Program-made: the position numbers and the translations under genes
Source: a virus
Taxonomy: Duplodnaviria; Heunggongvirae; Uroviricota; Caudoviricetes
Direction: 5' to 3' (one strand)
DNA: 4,940 nt
IMG/VR virus record: IMGVR_UViG_2654587792_000012
Span: 1-4,940 of that record
Notes under the pieces: generated by a model
Database searches by the model: none
The model's input: the letters and a program-made list of their open reading frames with translations, nothing else
What the model was told of the DNA's origin: nothing
Shown: positions 1 to 4,940 of the stretch, in pieces
Position numbering within the stretch: position 1 is the stretch's first letter
Layout: each line of letters begins with the position of its first letter

Positions 1-123
1 GTTCGTCCGGGCATGAAGATACCCCGCGCTCAGCGTGGACTGATGTTCAGACGCCCATGCAGGCGCACCGGATACGGCCAGACAAATGGCTGCGGACGAA
101 ATGGCGGCATAAAGTTTACGCAT
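1..123 (-). CDS. lom: Outer membrane protein Lom (Ail/Lom family), N-terminal fragment; CDS continues beyond the left edge of the window
   Basis: Minus-strand ATG at 121-123 preceded by GAGAGG (plus 129-134) with a 5-nt spacer. The frame is open to position 1 and translates to MRKLYAAISSAAICLAVSGAPAWASEHQSTLSAGYLHARTN: a signal peptide (hydrophobic core, AWA cleavage motif) followed by what I recognise from memory as the mature N-terminus of lambda Lom. Position immediately downstream of J matches lambda synteny. Not in the ORF track because no stop codon falls inside the window. Confidence 0.85.
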   Translation of the reverse strand, partial: MRKLYAAISSAAICLAVSGAPAWASEHQSTLSAGYLHARTN

Positions 124-128
124 AATTA

Positions 129-134
129 CCTCTC
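129..134 (-). promoter_or_regulatory. Shine-Dalgarno sequence of lom (GAGAGG, 5 nt upstream of the ATG)
   Basis: Minus-strand sequence AAAAGCGAGAGGTAATTATG read directly from the reverse complement of 121-140. Confidence 0.6.
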
Positions 135-144
135 GCTTTTCTGC

Positions 145-172
145 AATAAAAAAGGCGTCATTTCTGGCGCCC
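145..172 (-). terminator. Weak hairpin plus U-tract between J stop and lom start (possible intrinsic terminator or RNA stability element)
   Basis: Minus-strand RNA would read GGGCGCC-AGAAAU-GACGCC followed by UUUUUUAUU. The stem is only 4-5 bp (one mismatch, one G-U) and GC-rich; the U-tract is strong. Marginal as a terminator. Confidence 0.3.
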
Positions 173-190
173 GTATATGGGTTATAAAAT

Positions 191-3100
191 TCAGCTGATA
201 CTGATGCCTGCGGTGGCTTTCTTCATCACCACAACCAGCAAATCGCTGATACTTGCTGTGGGATACCAGTTATTCACTAGCCATGCTGATACCGAAAACT
301 CCAGCGTCATGTGACCGTGACCGGCAGGCATATCAATAACGCCACTGTAAATCAGCGTATTATCCAGCGCGGTACGGTTATAAATTTCAGCACCGTTTTT
401 CCGCACTATCAGACGGCATGAGGAGTAAATATCAGTATGCTCTCTCTCATGCTTAGCGCCACTGAATGCCACCGCCGGAATAACAATCTGCCGGTCAAAC
501 GGCTGATCGTCATAAACCCTGACGGTAATGGTCCCTGATGGCCACCGCTCCGGTGCCCGGGAGTCCCGCGGAAAAGCCTTACCCACTGTTTTGACTATAT
601 CGCCTTCAATCTGGTTGGCTGACAGTTTCCCCTTAATCTGACAGTTCTCATTAATTGTGACATTGTTGAGCGTCCCGGCGTTCGCATTCACACTGCCACT
701 GATATCTGCATTTTTAGCGGTCAGCTTTCCGTCCGGTGTCAGGGAAAATGCCGGAGGATTACCGCCGCTGGTAATGGTGGGAGCCGTCAGTCGCTTCAGG
801 AACACGTCGTTCATGAATATCTGGTTGCCCTGCGCCACAAACATCGGCGTTTCATTCCCGTTTGCCGGGTCAATAAACGCGATACGATTGGCGGCAACCA
901 GAAACTGGCTCAGTTTGCCTTCCTCCGCGTCCTCCATGCTGAGGCCAATACCCGCGACATAATGTTTGCCGTCTTTGGTCTGCTCAATTTTGACGCCCCA
1001 CATGGCATTCCACTTATCGTTGGCGTCCTTCCACTCTTTCGAAAACTCCTCCAGTCTGCTGGCGTTATCCTCCGTCAGGTCGACTTTTTCCAGCAGCTCT
1101 TTACCGAGATGGGATTCGGTTATCTTGCCTTTGAAAAAATCCAGGTAACCTTCCGCATCATCGCTCGCCCGACCGACGGCCTCCACGAATGCCGATTTGC
1201 CAACGGTGTTCACACTGCGGATATAAAAGTAATAATCATGGCCCGGTTTGATATTGATACTGGCGGCTATCCAGTACAGCCCCGAGCCAAGGTAGCGGGC
1301 TGTGGTTTCAACCTGCCTGATATCGGTAATCCGCTTTTCCGAGAACCAGAACTCAAACTGTACCGTCGGATCATAAACGGCAAGATGCGGCGTTGCGGTT
1401 ATCTGAAAATAGCCCGGCGTCAGCTCAATCGTGGCGGGTACCGCAGGTGCATTAATCCTGAACGTGGTGGTGGCCGGTTCCCCCTGCTGGCCATAACTGT
1501 TAATTGCCCTGACTGTCAGGGTGTATTCCCCGAGCGGCAGACCACTGAAACGATGCTCTGTATCCGCAGTGATGGCGGTGGTCACCAGACGGCTGTCCTG
1601 ACCGCTTCCACTGGTCAGGCGCAGACTGAAGCGCACACCCTTCACCACCCGCGGCGTGTCCCATTTCGCCTGCGCCAGATACTGGCTGTCAGCTGCACTC
1701 ACCTCCACCGTCAGGTGCTGCACTGCCGGTGGGATAACGCTGTTCAGGGTGCCTGACTGCGGCTCAAAGCTGGCCCCGTTATCCACGATGGCTTCTTTTT
1801 CCGGTACGTGCTGCACCGCCGTGATGGCAAAGGTGCCGTCCGTGTTTTCCCGGATGGAAACACAGCGGAACAGGCGACGACGCAGTGACGGCAGGGAGAG
1901 TCCCCATACACCGTATGTCTCCACACCATCAGGCAGGGTGCTGACCTGTATCCGGTCCGGCGCGGGGTGTGCAGTGATGGCCACGCTCACCGGCTTACCG
2001 CTGCCGTTAATCAGGTTCACCGTGGCGGCACCTGTCTCCGGCAGGGTCACCTCACGGTCCAGTGTCAGGGTGCGGCTGGCGGCATCGATGGACAGGACAC
2101 GTCCGCCGGTCATGGTACCGGCGTAGTCGTTATCACAGATTTCAATGATGTCACCGGGGGTGTGACGCAGCCCCTGTGACCCGAGCGTGAAATCCACCGT
2201 CTGCGTTTCCAGCAGTCCGGTCTTTATCACCCACAGCCCGGCACGGTGGGCCTGACCGCGACTGGTGCAACCGAACGCATCCATCTTCAGCAGGTTGCGC
2301 CCGTAGCGCAGTATGGCTTCCGGGTCTTCCACCAGTTCCGTGGAGGTCTGCCAGCCGTTCTGCGGGTCGGTGTAATTCACCTCCACCGCCGTGTGGCGGT
2401 CCTTCAGGGCGCTGAAGCTGTAGCGAAACCCCACGCCGTTATCATCCACCACTACATCGCAGTTGGTGTACGGCCACACCACATCCGACGGGCGGTCCTG
2501 AACGAACGTCAGCGTCTGGCCGTTCCATACCGGCATACAGCGCATCGCCGAGCAGAAATCACTGAGAACGTCCCACGCCTTACGCTGTTGTGACAGGTAC
2601 GCATTAAAGGTCATCCGCGGCTCTGTGCCCCCGAAACCATCCGGGACCGTCTGGTCGCAGTACTGCCCGATGGCATACAGCGCCCACTTGTCCACATCCG
2701 CCGCCCCCAGACGTTTTCCCATGCCGTAGCGCGGGTGAGTCAGCATGTCCCACAGGCACCAGGCCGGGTTGTTGCTGTATGCCGGTTTCAGGCTGCCGTC
2801 CCAGATGCCGCTGTAAGTGCGTTTTTCCGGGTCATAGTTTGACGGCACCAGGATGATGCGACCTCGGATATGGTAGTTCACCGTCATCTGCTGACCGCCA
2901 AACTGCTCCGCATCCACCTGCAGCCCCACAATCGCCGTGTTCGGGTAGCACTGTTTCACATCGATGATTTCGGTGTATGACGACCAGAGCGTCTTATTCT
3001 GCAGCTGGTCCGAGGTGCTGTCCGCTGTCTCCCGGACCATCCGGATGTTAAAAGGACGGGGAGGCAGATTATCCAGAATCACCGACGCCAGAAACTGCGA

Positions 3101-3580
3101 GGTGGTCTTGCCGTTAATGGTGACATCCTTTTCCGTCACCCAGTTACCGTTACGCTGTAACTGAATCAGCAGGCGGACGGATGTCGGGTTTCGGTCACCC
3201 TTTGACGTGGTCTGCACCAGTGACTGCACCCCGAAGGTGACCCGCAGGCGGTCAATGTTCGCGGATGTAATGGTGCGCGTCACCGGCTTTGCCTTCGTCA
3301 CTTCCACGCCCAGTGCGGTTTCCGCCCCGGAGGACTCAAAGCCTTCGGGTGGTGTCTGCTCCTGCTCCCCGGCGCGCCAGACCGCGGTCACACCGTGTAT
3401 CACAGGATTGCCGTCAGTGTCCGTCAGCGGGGTTTTGTTCACCAGAATACTCTGCAGTCCCTTCACCGGACCTTCAATCGGCCCTTCACCAATGGCATCA
3501 ATCACGCTCATCATCTGCGTGGACTTAAGATTGTCCTTTGCCTCAACCGGCGTGTGCGCCTTGCCGCCACCTTTGCCCAT
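191..3580 (-). CDS. J: Host specificity protein J / central tail fibre (tail tip), lambda gpJ family, 1129 aa
   Basis: Single uninterrupted minus-strand ORF (track 191..3622) ending at TGA 191-193. I place the start at the ATG at 3578-3580 (15th codon of the tracked ORF): from there the protein begins [37 protein letters not shown], which I recognise as the lambda gpJ N-terminus (from memory [22 protein letters not shown]...). A purine-rich AAGGGTGAG lies immediately upstream. The 14 extra codons in the track start at a TTG and run through a terminator-like hairpin. Length 1129 aa against about 1132 in lambda. Long conserved blocks (e.g. [42 protein letters not shown]) and two FN3-like repeats in the middle are consistent with gpJ. 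Confidence 0.95.
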   Translation of the reverse strand: MGKGGGKAHTPVEAKDNLKSTQMMSVIDAIGEGPIEGPVKGLQSILVNKTPLTDTDGNPVIHGVTAVWRAGEQEQTPPEGFESSGAETALGVEVTKAKPVTRTITSANIDRLRVTFGVQSLVQTTSKGDRNPTSVRLLIQLQRNGNWVTEKDVTINGKTTSQFLASVILDNLPPRPFNIRMVRETADSTSDQLQNKTLWSSYTEIIDVKQCYPNTAIVGLQVDAEQFGGQQMTVNYHIRGRIILVPSNYDPEKRTYSGIWDGSLKPAYSNNPAWCLWDMLTHPRYGMGKRLGAADVDKWALYAIGQYCDQTVPDGFGGTEPRMTFNAYLSQQRKAWDVLSDFCSAMRCMPVWNGQTLTFVQDRPSDVVWPYTNCDVVVDDNGVGFRYSFSALKDRHTAVEVNYTDPQNGWQTSTELVEDPEAILRYGRNLLKMDAFGCTSRGQAHRAGLWVIKTGLLETQTVDFTLGSQGLRHTPGDIIEICDNDYAGTMTGGRVLSIDAASRTLTLDREVTLPETGAATVNLINGSGKPVSVAITAHPAPDRIQVSTLPDGVETYGVWGLSLPSLRRRLFRCVSIRENTDGTFAITAVQHVPEKEAIVDNGASFEPQSGTLNSVIPPAVQHLTVEVSAADSQYLAQAKWDTPRVVKGVRFSLRLTSGSGQDSRLVTTAITADTEHRFSGLPLGEYTLTVRAINSYGQQGEPATTTFRINAPAVPATIELTPGYFQITATPHLAVYDPTVQFEFWFSEKRITDIRQVETTARYLGSGLYWIAASINIKPGHDYYFYIRSVNTVGKSAFVEAVGRASDDAEGYLDFFKGKITESHLGKELLEKVDLTEDNASRLEEFSKEWKDANDKWNAMWGVKIEQTKDGKHYVAGIGLSMEDAEEGKLSQFLVAANRIAFIDPANGNETPMFVAQGNQIFMNDVFLKRLTAPTITSGGNPPAFSLTPDGKLTAKNADISGSVNANAGTLNNVTINENCQIKGKLSANQIEGDIVKTVGKAFPRDSRAPERWPSGTITVRVYDDQPFDRQIVIPAVAFSGAKHEREHTDIYSSCRLIVRKNGAEIYNRTALDNTLIYSGVIDMPAGHGHMTLEFSVSAWLVNNWYPTASISDLLVVVMKKATAGISIS

Positions 3581-3611
3581 TGTCTCACCCTTTACTGTGA
3601 TAACTGTTACG

Positions 3612-3644
3612 CACAAAAACAACAGGCATCCCGGAGGATGCCTG
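3612..3644 (-). terminator. Intrinsic-terminator-like hairpin plus U-tract on the sense (minus) strand, about 30 nt upstream of the J start codon
   Basis: Plus 3623-3631 CAGGCATCC and 3636-3644 GGATGCCTG form a perfect 9-bp stem (6 GC pairs) with a 4-nt loop (3632-3635). On the minus strand the stem is followed by TTGTTTTTGTG (plus 3612-3622). Confidence 0.45.
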
Positions 3645-3652
3645 TATCATCA

Positions 3653-3688
3653 CTGAATAAAAATTCTGAATATCTTCACATTTTCACA
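3653..3688. repeat. Short direct repeats in the spacer: CTGAATA twice (3653-3659, 3666-3672) and TTCACA twice (3675-3680, 3683-3688)
   Basis: Read directly from the sequence cactgaataaaaattctgaatatcttcacattttcacaaa. The repeats are too short to rule out chance in AT-rich DNA. Confidence 0.3.
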
Positions 3689-3776
3689 AACTGACTGTGG
3701 TACTAATAATTTCTCTGCGTTAATGTTTTTTGTCGTGACATAAGAATAATTCTCTATAGTTAATCTTCGTAACTCT

Positions 3777-3810
3777 CCCGCAGCTCCGCAACACTGCGGG
3801 ATTTTTTTAT
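3777..3810 (+). terminator. Terminator-like hairpin plus T-tract on the plus (antisense) strand, abutting the I stop codon
   Basis: Plus 3777-3783 CCCGCAG and 3794-3800 CTGCGGG form a 7-bp stem (extendable to 8-9 bp with a mismatch) around a 10-nt loop, followed on the plus strand by ATTTTTTTATTCTTTTT. On the minus strand the same hairpin is preceded, not followed, by the A/U run, so it is not a sense-strand terminator. Confidence 0.4.
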
Positions 3811-3815
3811 TCTTT

Positions 3816-4496
3816 TTACCTCTGCCGCCCGATAACCACGACCTTCCCGCCACCGCCTTCATCACGGGTACTGATGTCCTGAGAGATTCGCCGGGAGCCA
3901 ACCAGCATTTCCCCGTAAGGCACCGGCATCGGGTTACCCTGGGCAATCATATTGTCCAGTGACGAAAAGTACGTGTTCTGTTTACCGTTATCCGTGCTTT
4001 TGTACTCCGGTACTTTAGCCTTCGGGGCCAGCATCTGAGCCACACCACCCAGTATCATGCTGGCCCCCAGTGAAAACAGCATCGTGGTGGCAGAAAAACC
4101 ACCGGCTGCCAGGGCTGAACCCCATAACGCCATTGATGCCCCGGCAGTGAAGAAAGAGCCCACGATGGCTGCCGCCCCCAGCACAATCTGCAGTCCACCT
4201 TTTCCGGCCCCGGCCAGTCGCGGCACAATGTGGATGATCGTTCCCTCACCCAGCTGTTCGTGAAGACGGGCGTACACCGCCTCCGGTGCCGTGTCCTCAC
4301 CGCGAATACGTATCTGGTACCAGCCTTCGTTCATCTGACGGCGGAATCCCGGCACCTGTAACGACAGCGCCCGGATGGCTTCCGCTGCCGTGTTCACGTA
4401 CAGGCTGAGGCGGCGGCCAAATCGTTGCAAATCCCCGTGAAGGCAGATGCGTGCCAGTGGCGGTGACGCCAGACAGAATGCGTTCGTCGTTGCCAT
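3816..4496 (-). CDS. I: Tail tip assembly protein I (lambda gpI family), 226 aa
   Basis: ATG at 4494-4496 to TAA at 3816-3818. The protein begins MATTNAFCLASPPLARICLHGDLQRFGRR, has a Gly/Ala-rich hydrophobic central segment, and ends NGKQNTYFSSLDNMIAQGN...VVVIGRQR, which I recognise as lambda gpI (223 aa, from memory). Purine-rich GGGAGAGG lies upstream at a rather long spacing of about 11 nt. Start lies 103 nt inside the 3' end of K in another frame. Confidence 0.9.
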   Translation of the reverse strand: MATTNAFCLASPPLARICLHGDLQRFGRRLSLYVNTAAEAIRALSLQVPGFRRQMNEGWYQIRIRGEDTAPEAVYARLHEQLGEGTIIHIVPRLAGAGKGGLQIVLGAAAIVGSFFTAGASMALWGSALAAGGFSATTMLFSLGASMILGGVAQMLAPKAKVPEYKSTDNGKQNTYFSSLDNMIAQGNPMPVPYGEMLVGSRRISQDISTRDEGGGGKVVVIGRQR

Positions 4497-4940
4497 TTTT
4501 CGGAATACCTCTCCCGTTTACTCAGTTGTTCAGGCAGATGGTGAAGCAGTTCACCGTTGCCGCAGTAAATGGCGGCATGATTGGCCACCGATGCGCCAAA
4601 GCAGCACAGCAGGATATCGCCCGCCTGTGCAGAGGACAGGGGCACCCGGTAAAAGCCGGTGACCGCCATATTGTCCAGGTACAGGTTCTGACCATTGCGC
4701 CACCAGTCATCCTCACGCTCAAAATCCGGCATATCAATTCCCGCCAGATGGTATGCATCCCGGAACAGCGTGTAACAGTCCGTCACCCCGTGCTCAAAGA
4801 GCCGTCCTGTCAGATGTGGCACACAGCGGAATTTATGAATGTCCCCCCGGCAGACCAGCCACCAGGACAGTGCACTTTTTATCTGCAGCCGCCGGTCGGC
4901 CTCGCTCAGCCAGGGCAGACCACCGGGATGACTGTGGACC
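4394..4940 (-). CDS. K: Tail tip assembly protein K (lambda gpK family; JAMM/MPN+ plus NlpC/P60 domains); 5' end lies beyond the right edge of the window
   Basis: The minus-strand frame is open from the window edge (first full codon 4937-4939) to TGA at 4394-4396. The track reports it only from an internal GTG at 4822 because no start codon occurs between there and the edge. Translation from the edge gives VHSHPGGLPWLSEADRRLQIKSALSWWLVCRGDIHKFRCVPHLTGRLFEHGVTDCYTLFRDAYHLAG... HSHPGGLPWLSEAD fits the JAMM motif H-x-H-x7-S-x2-D (plus 4895-4936). The downstream Cys in DCYTLF (codon 4775-4777) and His in NHAAIY fit an NlpC/P60 Cys-His catalytic pair. This two-domain arrangement is that of lambda gpK. 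Confidence 0.9.
   Translation of the reverse strand, partial: VHSHPGGLPWLSEADRRLQIKSALSWWLVCRGDIHKFRCVPHLTGRLFEHGVTDCYTLFRDAYHLAGIDMPDFEREDDWWRNGQNLYLDNMAVTGFYRVPLSSAQAGDILLCCFGASVANHAAIYCGNGELLHHLPEQLSKRERYSEKWQRRTHSVWRHRHWHASAFTGICNDLAAASACT

Larger units (their letters stand above)
3581..3815. other. AT-rich noncoding I-J spacer (235 bp) with hairpins and short direct repeats; no ORF longer than about 12 codons
   Basis: Read directly: the region between the I stop codon (3816-3818) and the J ATG (3578-3580) is visibly AT-rich against GC-rich flanking genes. The longest ATG-initiated minus-strand ORF is MSRQKTLTQRNY; the longest on the plus strand is MFFVVT. Confidence 0.7.

Noticed and set aside
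13-198. Plus-strand 61-aa ORF at the left edge
   Set aside because: Antisense to the lom start and the J-lom spacer. lom on the minus strand is strongly supported by its signal peptide and RBS.
3581-3622. Upstream extension of the J ORF (track start at 3622, protein [14 protein letters not shown]...)
   Set aside because: It begins at a TTG lying inside the T-tract of the terminator-like hairpin and has no RBS. The downstream ATG at 3580 gives the recognisable gpJ N-terminus [11 protein letters not shown], so the extension is a read-through artefact of ORF calling.
657-3656. Multiple plus-strand ORFs of 60-264 aa in the track (657..962, 962..1756, 966..1148, 1656..2126, 1967..2179, 2246..2593, 2964..3164, 3207..3656, 3289..3528)
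   Set aside because: All lie wholly or mostly antisense to the well-supported J gene. Their translations are low-complexity (Arg/Pro/Ala/Gly-rich) as expected for shadow ORFs in GC-rich coding DNA, and none has a recognisable fold or a convincing RBS.
3395-3694. Plus-strand ORF of 99 aa running from inside J's 5' end into the I-J spacer
   Set aside because: Mostly antisense to J's 5' end; only its last ~114 bp lie in the spacer. No convincing RBS and the translation looks like an antisense artefact. A spacer-encoded small protein is not supported.
3581-3815. Sigma-70 promoter call in the I-J spacer (candidates such as GTGACA 3735-3740 or TTGTCG 3730-3735 with TATAGT 3755-3760 on the plus strand; TTGTGA...GAATTT on the minus strand)
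   Set aside because: The hexamer pairs have wrong spacing (14 or 19 nt) or weak -10 elements. I cannot support a promoter from sequence alone, so none is annotated.
3650-3946. Minus-strand 98-aa ORF spanning the 3' end of I and part of the spacer
   Set aside because: It overlaps I in a different frame and its translation is Cys/Arg-rich with no recognisable features. Within the spacer proper no ORF exceeds about 12 codons.
4394-4496. K-I overlap as evidence of a frameshift mutation or pseudogene
   Set aside because: Both proteins are full-length and end in their expected C-termini, and the same overlap exists in lambda as far as I recall. It is a conserved gene overlap, not a disruption.
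4055-4758. Alternative-frame ORFs inside I and K (4055..4300 -, 4057..4263 +, 4447..4662 +, 4522..4758 -)
   Set aside because: Embedded in or antisense to the well-supported I and K frames. Their compositions (Trp/Arg/Cys/Pro-rich) are typical of off-frame translation.
4394-4822. Reading K as a complete 142-aa gene starting at the GTG at 4822
   Set aside because: The frame stays open upstream to the window edge and the upstream translation contains the JAMM motif HSHPGGLPWLSEAD, so the gene is 5'-truncated by the window rather than starting at 4822.
1-4940. CRISPR array, tRNA or other structured RNA gene, IS element or terminal inverted repeats, or a defence or toxin-antitoxin system
   Set aside because: No regularly spaced repeats, cloverleaf-capable segments, transposase-like ORFs or inverted terminal repeats were seen. 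The whole window is accounted for by four lambda-like tail-region genes plus two short spacers.

Overview
This window is the distal end of a lambda-like (lambdoid) siphovirus tail gene cluster, most likely a phage or prophage of an enterobacterium. All genes I can support are on the minus strand in the lambda order K -> I -> J -> lom. K is cut by the right edge (its last ~181 codons are present, with JAMM/MPN and NlpC/P60 motifs); I overlaps the end of K by 103 nt out of frame; J is a 1129-codon host-specificity / central tail fibre gene; lom is cut by the left edge (first 41 codons, with signal peptide). The plus-strand ORFs in the track are antisense shadow ORFs of these GC-rich genes. I see no CRISPR array, tRNA, IS element or recognisable defence or toxin system, so I do not think this window holds a novel multi-gene system. 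Two things deserve a second look. First, the I-J spacer is 235 bp, AT-rich and ORF-free, with terminator-like hairpins on both strands and short direct repeats; it could be a moron-like noncoding insert or small-RNA locus. Second, the first ~975 residues of J look lambda-like while the last ~150 (the receptor-binding region) are diverged, which implies a receptor specificity different from lambda's LamB. All comparisons to lambda are from memory, not from a search.
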